A DNA stretch of 64,000 nt from Squalus acanthias. Its lineage: Eukaryota. The position numbers and the translations under genes were made by a program. Where the stretch lies: the NCBI GenBank assembly GCA_030390025.1, contig CM059431.1, positions 107,696,001 through 107,760,000 on the forward strand, written 5' to 3'. This document shows positions 48,573-61,165 of the stretch, piece by piece (the stretch's first letter is position 1; each line of letters begins with the position of its first letter). The notes beneath the pieces were generated by a model. That model was not told the DNA's origin. It saw nothing but the letters and a program-made list of their open reading frames with translations, and made no database searches.

Positions 48573-50985
48573 GGCCCGGATTTTGCGAGGCTGATGACGA
48601 CATACGCACAGCGCATGCGCGAAAACCTGGAACTTGCGACCCGTCAAGGTTCGCGGATCCACCGAACCGAAAAAAAAACACCTTCGCTGGGGCAGAGTGG
48701 GGCCCAACTACTGCCCAGCAAATGTCCACAAAACGCTTACGCCTGGTAAAAGCAGACGTAGGGCCTGCGTTCACCAGCGTAAGGGTTCATATACCTGTTA
48801 AATTAAAAATGTTAAAATAAAAAATCATCCACGAACATTTAAAATTAGTTTACGTAAAACTTTGGCCTGGATTAAAATATTTAAAATTATTTTTCAAAAA
48901 GTTACATTTTTATTGTAACTGCTTCAGTAAAGGGACTTTTAATTAAATGTGAAAATGGGAACATTTATTTTTTATCCCAGATGTGTAAATTCTTCAATTA
49001 TTTGGGGCTTCCTTTGGTTGTCATTGAGGGATTCCATTCGGAAATGACAGCAATGGAAGCCTCGGTCGCGATTTTGCTGACCTCGGCGGGTCCAGGGTGG
49101 GCGATGTTGGTGGCGGGTCCCGGCCTCGCTGCTGGCTCCAGCCCGCTGTCCAAAATGGATTTCCCTTGATGGGACTTGTTAAGCCCCGCCCTGCGGGGTT
49201 CCCGGCCAATTAGAGGAAGCGGGTCTGGTGACGTCATTTGATGACGTGTCATCAGCCGGTTTCCTTAAAGGGACCGTGGCCAAATTGATTTTGACAGTTG
49301 TGCTGTCAGTGTTCCACAGCATTAAGGTGCTGCAAACACTGACAAGCACTGCACAAAGGTACAGGGCTGCACCCAGGCTCTCCCATGACTCCCTCCATAC
49401 GCTTATGGAGGGAGTCACAGCACACAGGGAGTTCCTCTTCCCTTCTCATGGAAGAGACCTCCCCAGGAGATCCATACAGCTTGTTTGCACATTTCAGAGG
49501 AGGTCACAAGCAGGGATGTCGTCTGGAGGACCAGGCTGCAGTGCCACAAACCTTTCAATGATCTCAGTAGATCACGAAACGTTAGTCCAAAGCCACACTC
49601 AACCTCATCCTGCTGTGCCACCCATCAAATCCCCATCACTCTGCCTTCTCTACCGTACTCCTGCACATCCTTACTCACACCAACTTACCTTGCACCTCCA
49701 CCCATCCCTCTCTATCTACATTATCACATCCCCATCTCACTCGCCACCCCTCACACTCATCCTAGTGAAATCATACCAACTAACAACACACAAGGGTAGG
49801 CACTTGGGTGTTTTATGCAATGTTCAAGTAAAGTTTCTGTTAATGTGCTGTCAAACATTGAAACCTTTATTTTCAACACTTTGCATTCTTGGACAGATTT
49901 GTGTGCACCTTCGGAAGTGGCTTAGTGAGTTGCAGTGAATGGTGAGACATAACGGTAGCCCCCGCAATGGTAAGGAGGGTGAAAGGAATGGCTTGGCATT
50001 GTAGGAATGCTTTATGGTGTTGGTGTGAGGTGGTGCCAACCTGGCGCATCATGTGTCAGCCAGGGTGTACAGCCTCAAGTAAAGTAAATTTGGCTATGGT
50101 GAGGCCATCCTTGGCCTCCCAGGCAGCAATGTGCTTGGATGCTGATACCCTGTGTCCTGTGCAGCATCAGTTGATTGCCGAGAAAGTTGGTGTTGTTGTT
50201 GTTGATGCTGGTGTGCCTGGTGCTGCTGGTGTTAGGGCTGATAATTGTGGGATTCTCAGGACCAAGGTGAGAGAGTTTAAAGGGCATCCATGCTGATGGA
50301 ATAGATGGCAGGTGATGTACAGATGACAGAAGCGATCTGTCAATGGTGAGAGATGTAATGAGGTGGAGACTTGTCTAAAGACGTGCAGCATGGTGAATCT
50401 GTTGTGGAAATGCAGTGAGGAAGAGCTTGTGGCTGAGGGAAGATATCTCTAAGGTGGGAGTTTTTACTTTACATTTGAAGCTGTCAACTCAACAGCTGAT
50501 TCAATGGCCACTGAACTCCTGCCTCAGTTTGATAGACGTGGTCCACGACCAGCATGGACCCTGTGGGCGAGCTGTCAAATGCAGAAGATGAGCCAAAATT
50601 CATTCTTAAGTGGCTCTAAACAAGCCACTAATTACCTGAATTGGGTCCCCCGCTGTGAACCCGCCGCTGCCTGTCCGGTCTGCTCCGCACTGACAGACCC
50701 GACATCGGGGAAAGGCGCACGGCGGCGGGTTCACAACAGGGTTCTGACCTGCTCGGGAAAAAAAATTTCCCCACCCGACCCACCACCGATCGCACCCGCT
50801 GACCCCCCCACAAAATCCAGCCACCCTTTCTGATAGGAGGACCTGGCCCAAACCGCCTGCGTCCCTGGGATCCGTGGGCCTTTCCGCAGGTGTACACCTG
50901 CAGGCCCAGGACCCGAACTCTCCAAAGCGCAGGAGTCAGTAGGTAGGTTCGTCTTTTTTTTCGGGTCGAAGTCCTACTCCGGCCC
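48573..50985. mobile_element. MITE hosting a Harbinger derivative
   Basis: GGCCCGGATTTT ... CCGGCCC ends; internal motifs shared with 24042-24781 (GCGCATGCGC, CCTGGTAAAAGCAG). Confidence 0.5.
49064..50823 (+). mobile_element. Non-autonomous Harbinger derivative with Myb/SANT exon
   Basis: TIR-like GGTCGCGATTTT / AAAATCCAGCCA; frameshifted APRLSHDSL..CHKPFNDL; full-length homologue of 29456-31217. Confidence 0.85.
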
Positions 50986-51219
50986 ACTATTATTTAAAAC
51001 AAAAAAACTCAGAAAATGCTGGAAACACTCAGCAGGTCAGTCAGCATCTGTGGAGAGAACAGTTGAGTTAATGAGGGTAACTTTAATTTAACTCGCCTGG
51101 CGGGAATCCCATAATATCGGAGGAACTCTGGATTTCCCCTCTCTCCCCATCCCCATATTACATAGAATTGCATAGAAATAACAGCACAGAAACAGGCCAT
51201 TCGGTCCATCAGGTCTATG

Positions 51220-53852
51220 TGAAGGGATAATTACAAGTCCTATCCCTTTCGGACTAAACCAGAACAGGCGTATTCCCCAGACATTGACTTTCAACTAAAG
51301 TTTGCAGTAGCCGGATCCTATAAGACGCTTAATTAGGTCTAAAGGTCAGACTACCTCTCCCTAAAGGAAAGAAACGGTCTAAAGATGTTACCGTCCTCCA
51401 GATAGTACTTTTAATAAGTTTAACTAGACTGCAACCTTCCGGATATTATAAGGAATACCCCCCAGAATTCTGCAACTCCTTTGAGTGTACAGAAATTGAG
51501 TTCACAAGATGATACAGAAATACTCTTTGAGACAATTCTTACAATATATAGATTTATTAATGAACCGATATTTAGATAACATCTATTATGGCAATCGCAA
51601 CTTTAATCGTTCAAAATACAAATAGCTTACATTTTCTTATTCTCAAATCTTAACTTTGTTATATTTCCATACTTCTACTTATTTCTTAATCCAGAATATC
51701 CACCAAAATCAAATACCTTGATTGCCCGAGACTCAAAAGTTGTAAACTTACAGAGAATGTCTGTAAAGTTGAGAAACGCTTGTCTTCCCAGCGACTTCTG
51801 ACTTTCCTGTTTGAAAAGGTCTATATTTATATATTTTTTGGGTGGTTTATCCTTTGAAGTATTCGTGCTGATGTAAGCTAATCGTATCAAGTCATTCTTT
51901 GGTGACTTTGTTCTATTCTTTACTGTCATTTCAGCTGTCAGCTTTTAGACTTGTGTCCTGTTTAGGTGTTTCCAAAACCATCATAAACACAATGACAGCA
52001 ATGGTTTCTGTTTGATGCAATTCTTATCGAAGTCTTTCTATTGAATTTCTAGTACTATTTTAACTGGTTTTTATCAGATGTTGTGACTCCGTGGTATTCC
52101 AAGTTCAATACAAGAACAATGAAATTGCTTGGCGTATCCATTGAAGTAATATTTTCAAAGTCGTCTTGTTTGTGTACTTTTTACAAATTGTAAATTAAAA
52201 ACACTTCTCTAGTATCTTCATGCATTTCTAATTTACTTCAATTGGTCTTTATCAGACCTTGGAACTCCATCTTTCAAGTTTAACATTAAAACTATTTGTT
52301 CAGCAGGCGTCTCTTTCACTTGATGTCATTTCTTCAAAGCTTTCTGTAGGTATCACATTTACAATATGTAAATTGAAAACACTTTAACTCAGTGTTTACT
52401 TGTTTTCTAGCTATCTCAATTGGTTGCATATTTAATCATGTTTCCTGTTTCTAAGTTTAACATAAAACTATTTTACGATAAAAGTGAGAAGTCGCACAAC
52501 ACCAGGTTATAGTCCAACAGTTTTATTTGAAATCACAAGCTTTCGGAGCGGCTGCTCCTTCGTCAGGTGAAGTGAAGAAATACAAATCGGCACAGCATAT
52601 ATAGACAGAGAACAATGCCTGTGCAGCGTACAATGTCAGATGACTACAGTTAATCTTTCTGACTGCCTTTTATCACACCTCGGCAGAGAGACAATCAGGT
52701 CAGTCAGGAAGACATTATATCAAAGACATAGCAAAATACAACTAAGACAATGAGGTGGGGTCACAGGGGGTCTAATGTGTCAGATGCTGCAGTCTGTATG
52801 GAAAACCATAAACTTTAAACTTTTTGCTTTTTTTTACTGGAAATCACATCTGTGAACAAGCCAACGATGACTCGAGTCTGGATGACTCTACGTCAGGTGG
52901 GGTTACATGTAGCGTGACATGAACCCAAGATCCCGGTTGAGGCCGTCCTCATGGGTGCGTAACTTGGCTATCAGTTTCTGCTCGATGATTTTGCGTTGTC
53001 GTGTGTCTCGAAGGCTGCCTTGGAGAACGCTTACCCGAAGATCCGAGGCTGAATGTCATTGACTGCTGAAGTGTTCCCCGACTGGGAGGTAACACTCCTG
53101 CCTGGCGATTGTTGTGCGGTGTCCATTCATACGTTGTCGCAGTGTCTGCATGGTCTCGCCGATGTACCATGCTCTGGGGCATCCTTTCCTGCAACGTATG
53201 AGGTAGACAACGTTGGCCGAGTCACATGAGTATGTACCATGTACCTGGTGGGTAGTGTCCTCATGTGTGATGATGGTATCTGTGTTGATGATCTGGCACG
53301 TCTTGCAGAGATTGCCGTGGCAGGGTTGTGCGGTGTCGTGGTCGCTGTTCTCCTGAACGCTGGGTAATTTGCTGCGAATGATCGTACTTTTGAGGTTAGG
53401 CGGCTGTTTGAAGGCGAGTAGTGGAGGCGTGGGGATGGCCTTAGCGAGGTGTTCGTTGTCATCATATTTTACGACAGGTATTTCTTACTTGATGTCATTT
53501 TTTCAAAGGCACTTGTTTTTTTTAATGTTCTGTGCACCTGTTCGACGTGTTAGATTAGAACACTTTACTTGGGTCATTCCATTGTTTTGATTCCAATGTC
53601 CAGACGCTCTGGAAGCAAACCTTTGCTTTATCAATAGGGCTTGTTTCTTGGTCAATAACCCATTCCCATTTCAAAGGCTGTGGTGTTTTACAACTTATGA
53701 ATAACTGATCTTTATTTCAGAAGCCTGTATTGTGCCTACAGCCTGTGTCGCCGAGGCTTTCAGACTTTTAAACCCAGTATGTCATTTATTAATAATTTCA
53801 GAAATCTGTTTTTAGTATTGTGTATTTTTCTGAAAATGGCTATTCCTTCACA
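51220..53852 (-). mobile_element. Solo LTR (about 1.65 kb net; Gypsy or class I ERV type)
   Basis: Ends TGAAGGGATA .. TATTCCTTCACA; 4-bp TSD TATG; minus-strand TATAAA near 51825 and AATAAA near 51556; no ORFs. Confidence 0.7.
52479..53464 (-). mobile_element. Penelope-like element, 5'-truncated (GIY-YIG endonuclease)
   Basis: Minus frame PPLLAFKQPPNL..CHGNLCKTC..NVVYLIRCRKGCPRAWYIGET..RMNGH..GLN with one stop; 10-bp TSD TATTTTACGA. Confidence 0.9.
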
Positions 53853-54829
53853 TATGCTGGTGTTTATGTTCCACACGAGCGTCCTACCACTCCTCTTCAT
53901 CTAACCCTATCAGCGTAACCTTCTATTCCTTTCTCCCTAAAGCGTTTATCTAGCTTCCCCTTAAATGTACCTACACTATTCGCCTCAACTACTCCCTGTG
54001 GTGGTGAGTTCCAAATTCTAACCACTCTCTGGGTGAAGAAGTTTCTCCTGAATTCATTATTGGATTTATTAGTGACTATCTTAAAGTGATGACCCCTCAT
54101 TTTGAATGCCCCCAAAAGTAGAAACATTTTCTCTATGTCTCTCCTTTCAAACCCCTTCATAATTTTAAAGACCTCCATTAGGTCAACCCCTCCGCTATGT
54201 TCCCTTTAAGCTGGGCGGCCGCACAATATATTGCCAGCAGGAAAAAATGAAAATTGTGGGGTACAACCAGCTTAGGGCAGATTTACCATCTGGGTTTTAA
54301 AGTTGACACCAACATCCTGTGGTAATAGTTACCGTTGAAATAATTAAAAAGCAATTAAATCCAATAATTAAAGTACACAACACCTTGAAACTTGCCAATT
54401 TTGAAATTAGTTTTTAATGCTTCAACACCAACAAAACTGTCATTGCAGACACATCTGAAGCTGATCTTTTTATAAGCTCCTGAAAATCATTCCATCTGAT
54501 TGCAATGCAGTGCCTTAGGCACTGAATAGTGTTACACAGTCCATGGTTTCAATAAATTTGCTATTGTGGGAGAAATGTTACAGTTGCATGGACACTGCTT
54601 ACTTAAAGATACAGCATTCTATAACTGGTTTTGAGAGTGCCGCCACCTGATGACTTTTCTGACACCAGACAGGGCCACCATTTCGAGACATGCAAATAAG
54701 AAAAGAGGAACAAAGAAAATGATTAAATGTAAAAGAAAACTATTTGTTTGGAATTACAAACACCACACTCACTGAAGCCTACACAGAGTAAGCTTGTGTG
54801 GCGAGCAGGAAATCCATAGCAGCAGTCAT

Positions 54830-55670
54830 GGGCGATTTTGCCAGCCCTGGAGAAGCGGTTATGGAGGCGGGACTGCCGGGAAAATGGCAGAAACTGGGAG
54901 CGGGTACCCATCCCGCCCCCAACCCGCCTCCGTGCCATCTTCCCAGGAGGCGGGTACCCGACCCGCGCCGGGTCCCGTCTCCTCGAGGCGGGAAGGGGAT
55001 TAGTGCCAATTAACTGCCCGTTAACAGGTAGTTAATTGGCAGTTTTTTGGCTAATCCCTATTTTGAGCTCTAAAGTGAGGGCTTCCCGACGGCTCCGAAC
55101 CTCGCCAGGGTCAGCGAGGCGAGCCGTGGGTCTGCGGGGGTCGGAGGGGCCGAAATGTCCGGTGTGCAGGTGAGTGATGAGTGCAAGTGTGGAGAGGTAA
55201 GTGTGTGAGGTGAGTCTAAAGTGTTTTAATAAGATTACTTACCTTTGCTTCTTCCTCCAGGCTTCATCCCTTTAGGCTGCGGAGCTGCCTCATCTCACCG
55301 GCAGAGAAAACAGAATGGCCGCTGCATTCTTAAATGCTGCAGCCTTCTGCTTTCTACTCAGGAAAGCTTTCTAATTGAGTCTTGAGTAAAGACTCAACTT
55401 AGAAGACAGATTGTCAGTGTTTGACAGCTTCACAGAGCTGTCAAACGATGACAATTCATCTGTCAAAAAATCTTGACAGATGAAACGCCATACGCTGACG
55501 TTCTCTGTCACCGGCTTTCCCTTAATTGGCCTGCGAAGCCCGCTGGGCGGGCTTAACAAGGTCAATCAAGGGAAAATAGCATGGGTTGGCCGGACGTCGA
55601 TGGAGGCGGAACTAAAACCCGACAAGCAGCAGTCCCGCTTCCATCACGTCACCATTGATAAAATCACCCC
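54830..55670 (+). mobile_element. Harbinger-type MITE, family A
   Basis: GGGCGATTTT / AAAATCACCCC ends; possible TSD CAT; homologous to 11580-12424 and 26418-27262. Confidence 0.85.
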
Positions 55671-55884
55671 CCATAAGTTTTGTTACAAACAACATGATGT
55701 TTATATGAAAGCTCTTCAGCCAGTTGACCTCATCTTACTTTAATACCAACCCTACCACCTTCCTATTGCCAACTTGTACAGCCATTTTAAACAGGCTAAA
55801 GGGCACCTTAGCTTAACATCTCATCTGAAGGATGCTCCCTTTTGACAACTTGACACTTGCTCTGTAGTGGGCAGGAGTGTCATA

Positions 55885-56050
55885 AGAAAATAACATCAGA
55901 AATAGGAGCAGGAGTCGATCATTTGGCCTTTCGAGCCTGCTCCGCCATTCAATAAGATCATGCCTGATCTTCTACCTTAACTCCACCTTCCCGCACTATC
56001 CCCATATCCCTTGGGTGTCCAAAATATATTTAAGGCACTCAATATATATA
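55885..56050 (-). mobile_element. CR1 3' tail fragment, probably inside a DeuSINE remnant (about 55810-56125)
   Basis: AGAAATAGGAGCAGGAGT..GAGCCTGCTCCGCCATTCAATAAGATCATG, as at 7776-7840. Confidence 0.75.
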
Positions 56051-56504
56051 AGGGACTCAATTCCTTTGTGGAGCTTGGACACACGATATGCTGGCTATGA
56101 GGAAGGTGTGCTACCAACTGAGTCAAGTAGATGTTCTGGTTGACCCAAGAATCATGCCACCTCAATAGTCTGCAGAGTTGAGATAGATCTGACAGATGCC
56201 AATCTCGAGCTACATAGAGGAGATACTCAGTTCAATAAGTGCAACAATCTGTTTAGCCAACTCCTTCCCACCACCTTTCACACTGTAATTTTAACAAGTG
56301 ATGCTAGCTAAACTAGTCTGTATAGAATTGATTAGATTTTCTACACTCTGAATCTTGTGGTTCTGTTTCTGTTCTGCTGACCTAAGGTTGCTGGAGGATT
56401 TGAGGGGCAAACACTTGACACTATTGTGGTCGATGTATCTTCTTGTGCTTTTTCAGGTATCTGGTGGAGATTTCTGGTCGTGAGATGTTTAAATGCTGCT
56501 GTCA

Positions 56505-57254
56505 GAGGAACATAGGAACAGGAGTCGGCCATTCAGCCCCTCGAGCCTGTTCCGCCATTCAATGAGATCATGGCTGATCTGCAACCTAACTCCATACAGC
56601 CGCCTTTGCCCCATATCCATTAATACCCTTGGTTAACAAAAATCTATCAATCTTAGACTTAAATTAACAATTGATCTAGCAGCAATTGCTGTTTGTGGAA
56701 GAGAGTTCCAAACATCTACCACCCTTTGTGTGTAAAAGTGTTTCCTTACTTCACTCCTGAAAGATCTGGCTCTAACATTAAGGCTATGTCCCCCAGTCCG
56801 AGACTCCCCAACCAGCAGAAATAGGTTCTCTCTATCTACCCTAACAATTCCGCTCAATATTTTGAAAACTTCGATTAAATAACCCCTTAACCATCTAAAT
56901 TCCAGGGAATACAAACCTAGTTTCCGTAATCTTTCCTTGTAACTTAACCTTTGAAATCCGGGTATCATTCTGGTAAACCTACGCTGCACTCCCTCCAAGG
57001 CCAATATATCCTTCCTAAGGTGTGGTGCCCAGAACTGCTCACAGTACTCCAGGTGTGGTCTAACCAGGGTTTTGTATAGCTGCAGCATAACTTCTACCCC
57101 CTTTTATTCTAGTCCTCTAGATATAAAGGCCAGCATTCCATTAGCCTTTTTGATTATTTCCTGCACCTCTCCATGATATTTAAAAATCCATGTACATGAC
57201 GTCCAAAGTCTCATTGGATCTCCACTGCTTCGAGCTTTTCATCGTTTAGAAAGC
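56505..57254 (-). mobile_element. CR1 3' fragment
   Basis: ORF 56633-57088 YKTLVRPHLEYC..FYTQRVVDVWNSLP plus tail. Confidence 0.9.
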
Positions 57255-57407
57255 TTGGGGGAGAATTTCAGTTGGTTAGCGCCTCCCGTTAGCGTCTGGC
57301 GGGGGCGAGGCAAAACTAACGCCACACGCCAAATCCAGTCGCCCCTTAGCACCGCCGTTAACAGTTAACGCCTGGGGCTTTAGCACCAGGCAGATTTTGA
57401 CGTCAGT

Positions 57408-57878
57408 GCCCGCTATCCTGGCAGCAGTCACGATGCCTTCATCCTGCGCCAACCCGGTGTTCCAGCACTCTTCCAGCCGCCACATCAAGCTCGCAGCTGG
57501 TTGGTTGGAGACAAGGGCTATCTGCTCTCCACCTGGCTCATGACTCCTCTCCGCAACCCCAGCACTCCTGCCCAGCACTTATATAATGAGAGCCATGCCG
57601 CCGCCAGGAACATCATCGAGCAAACCATCGGAGTGCTCAAGCAACGGTTCCGCTGCCTTGACCACTCGGGAGGAGCCCTCCAGTACTCGTCGGAGCGGGA
57701 GTCCCATTTTGTCATGGTCTGCTGCATGCTCAACAACATGGCCATCATGAGGGCCCAGCCCTTGCCACAAGGGATTGCGGGACCACCTCAGGAGGAGGAA
57801 GAGGGAGAGGAGGAGGAGGACGAGGACAAGGAGGAAGAGGAAGTTGAGGAGGAGGAGGAGGAGGAGGAACAGGAGTGA
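57408..57878 (+). pseudogene. Harbinger (HARBI1-like) DDE transposase, C-terminal half
   Basis: [55 protein letters not shown] with an acidic tail; the N-terminal half with the first catalytic Asp is missing. Confidence 0.92.
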
Positions 57879-58153
57879 GGGAGGAGGCTGCCACTCAATC
57901 GGCCTTCTGGAAGGGCGGTCTGTGATCACCTCATCAGACTGCGGTTCCAGTAACTTCAACCCCAGATCCCCGTTGCTCACCACATCCCTGTCATTCCATC
58001 CCTGTCGCAGGCCATATCGCAGCACAAAGCTGAAACTAGAGAAACCGCAAAATCATCCAAAGCCATTTAATAAATTTATCAATAATCAGTGAACATATAT
58101 TTACAACAACAATATTAGCTCATCATCTTTGTGCAGTCCCTTAGTGCCTCTCG

Positions 58154-59986
58154 TTACTGTACCTTTGCCTCCTCTAGTGCTCCTACGAATTGTTGGCCCA
58201 GTGGCTGCAGAACAGCTGGTGGAAGGCTGCTGATTGTCATTTGGGAGACTTCAGATGGCCTTGCAGGACGCCCTCGACCAGCTCTGGGCCTGGAAGGCCC
58301 GGCTGTAGACTGCACCACCTCAGCATGGGCGGCAGCAGTCTGGGCTGGCTGGATGAGAGGCAGCGACAAGGGCAATGGCGGAGTGGCAGTGGTGGGAGCA
58401 GGAATGCTGTCATCCTGAGAGAGGACAGCAGGTTCGTGCTCCACTGACCCACTGCCACTCCCCCAGGGCAGCACCTCAGCATCACTACCAATCTGTTGGA
58501 GCACAGATTGCTAGCCTACCGCAACACCGTGAAAGCCCCGGTCGACAAAGGTATTAATGACAGCAGCAGTCAGAGCTTGCATGGCATCAAGCTGAGACTG
58601 CATGGGAGGAGTCTGAGATTGGATGCTACTAAGCATAGACTGCATTACAGCACTAATACGTTGCGTGGCTTCCACCTGTGCTGCAATGGAAGCTGCAACA
58701 TCACCCATCACGCGGCATGAGGTCTAGGTCGCCAAGGTCTCTCTGGGAGTCCACCATGCTTTGCAGACTGCAAATGATGGGCTCTATGGTGTGCACAGAG
58801 CCTTGTGCAATGTTGGAGGCAGATTCCTCCACGCTCCTTACCATTGCCGAGTGGCTCTCAGGCACCCTTGCCATTGGACCTATTATCTCCGTGTGCATGC
58901 CCATCATCCTTCTTCTAAAGGCCTCCCCATCGAGGTCCTCATCTGAGTCCTGTGCAGCAGAACTCGCGCGCAAACTCGCCCTCTGGGGAGCTGACTCCCG
59001 AGCTACCCTTTCCCCCTGGCCTTGCTGCAGACCGCTCGTCCCCGGTGCATCACCCTGTGCGGATCCCGCTACTTTACTAGCCTCTAAAGAATGTGTAGTG
59101 CCAGTATCTGAGCTGGTGCCTGCGGGTGAGACATGCAGTGACGTAGTGTGCTCTTCGTCCTCTTCTCCCGCCTTGCTCTCTATGGTACCCTCAGGGACAG
59201 GCTGCTCAGGTGCTTGCTCATTATCTGAAAGCATAAAGGCACAGGAGTTGGGTTAAGGTGAGGGGAGGGGGGCAGGAAGGGAGAAATGTATGCATACCGC
59301 ATGATTAGCTGGAAAGTGCAAAATGCTTGTGGGGTGAGGGGGAAGTGGGATGTGAGAAGAAGGAGTAGGGATGAACATACCGTTGTTGTCCCCAAGGGGG
59401 TCAACATCGCCGGTGGCCACGGCACTCACCACCTGGCGCCGAATAATCTGCAGCACAGTGGTTGGATGTTGGCTTGTCCCCTGCCTGTGCGCTCCTGCTC
59501 CCTCCTGTGGTGAGCCACCTTGGCCTGCAAAAGAGAGGAAAGTGTGTGAGTGAGTGTGGAGCAATGTGTTCGGGAGATGTGCCTTTCATAGTTGAATAGC
59601 TGTCATTGTGTGCAAGGTGTGAGATGTGGGTGTGAGTGTTGGTAGGTGGAGATTGTTGGTGGGTGAGTGCTGGGGGTGTGGTGCTTTGTGCAGTGTGTGC
59701 AGACTGAGGTTCAGACGGTAGTATGTAGCAGTTGTTGAAGCATTGTCTCACCCTGACCACCCGACTGAGGTCGTTAAATTTCTTCCTGCACTGTGTGAGG
59801 AACAACAGTGCTGCCCGACACCTGCTGGGCTACCTCGCTCCACATGGCGCGGAAGACTTGCGGCGAAGGCCTCCTGCCACTTGTCGGGTAGAGCACTGCC
59901 CTCCGTCTCTCCACAGCGAGGACCAATGCCTCCAATGTTTGGTCGCTGAATCTGCGAGCTCTCTCCCTGGGTCGTCGATCTGCCAT
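58154..59986 (-). pseudogene. Harbinger Myb/SANT-like (trihelix) partner gene, 3 exons, frameshifted
   Basis: Exon 1 RARRFSDQTLEALV..RRAVLYP..W.EVA..QCRKKFNDL with donor GTGAG near 59751; exon 2 from 59524 (AKVAHHRREQERTG) to a GTATGT donor near 59380; exon 3 after TTTCAG near 59224. Confidence 0.85.
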
Positions 59987-60644
59987 GATGACACCTCCTT
60001 CAGTGGTCCGGTTCCTTCTCCTTGGCCTTCTGCTGCTGGCTGAGACAGCTGCAAATTCAGCAATGCTGAGAATGAGGTTCTGCAGCATCAATGATCCTCC
60101 CCTTTAAGCACTGGAAAGAGCCTATGGCAATGATGACTAGTGATTAGACTGCACCTGAAATTGCATAGCGCTTTGAGTCTAACACCACTGAGCTCGGTCA
60201 TTAGCGCTTGATTTAGCACTCCCATCCTCTCTTTGAGCGATAACAAGGAATTTTTTGTGCAGCGAGATTCACTAGCGCCTGGCGCTAAATCTCAAACTTT
60301 TCAGAAGTTAGCACCCATTCCTGGGCGATAATGAATTTCGCCCAATTATATTTTCTATCATTATTGACTTCCACTCACCTTTTTATCTTTTCCCTCCTGC
60401 TACTTTAGAATAGTGGTGTTTTGAAGGTCATTCTTGGAAAGGGGGGGAAAAGAAATATACATATGTTTTTAGTTATCCACGTTTGGATATGAAGAAACTG
60501 CCTTGGAGCAGAGAGAGCATCGGCAAATTCTAGAGGGAACTGGATAGATAGTTAACAGTGAATGTAATTGGGGGATATTTAAGATAGAGTGGTGTATTTG
60601 CTTTTCAATTTGGTGATCACGATGGTTTCTTCTGGTCCAATACA

Positions 60645-61165
60645 TGTTCTTGCCATGGAAGGAGTTCAGTGAAGATTCACAAGGCTGATACCTGGGATGG
60701 CAGGAATGACATATGAGGAGAGATTGGGTCGATTGGGCCTATACTCGCTGGAGTTAAGAAGAATGAGAGGGGATCTCATCGAAACTTATAAAATTCTGAC
60801 AGGTCTGGGCAAACTAGATGCAGGAAGAATGTTCCCGATGGTTGGAGAGTCCAGAACCAGGGGTCATAATCTAAGGATAAGGGGTAAGCCATTTAGGACA
60901 GAAATTAGGAAGAATTTCTTCACCCAGAGAGTGGTGAACCTGTGGAATTCTCTACCACAGAAGGTAGTTGAGGCCAAGTCATTAAATATATTCAAGAATG
61001 AGTTAGATATATTTCTTAAAGCTAAAGGTATCAAGGGATATGGGGAGAAGGCAGGTACAGGGTACTGAGTTTGGATGATCAGCCATGATCTCAGCGAATG
61101 GCGGAGCAGGCTCGAGGGGCTAAATGGCCTACTCCTGCTCCTATCTTCTATGTCTATGTCTATGC
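60645..61165 (+). mobile_element. CR1 3' fragment
   Basis: YEERLGRLGLYSLE..FFTQRVVNLWNSLP and a (TCTATG)n tail. Confidence 0.9.

Larger units (their letters stand above)
51165..54190 (-). mobile_element. CR1 3' fragment split by a solo LTR
   Basis: Tail at 51165-51219 continues at 53853-54190 (FFTQRVVRIWNS). Confidence 0.85.
57257..60343. mobile_element. PIF/Harbinger two-gene transposon, internally deleted and degenerate
   Basis: Imperfect TIRs GGGAGAATTTCA / TGAATTTCGCCC; AGCGCC-rich subtermini; convergent transposase and Myb/SANT genes. Confidence 0.9.

Noticed and set aside
57408..59986. Domesticated host HARBI1/NAIF1 gene pair
   Set aside because: TIR-bounded, truncated and frameshifted, and related to local MITEs, so a transposon copy.
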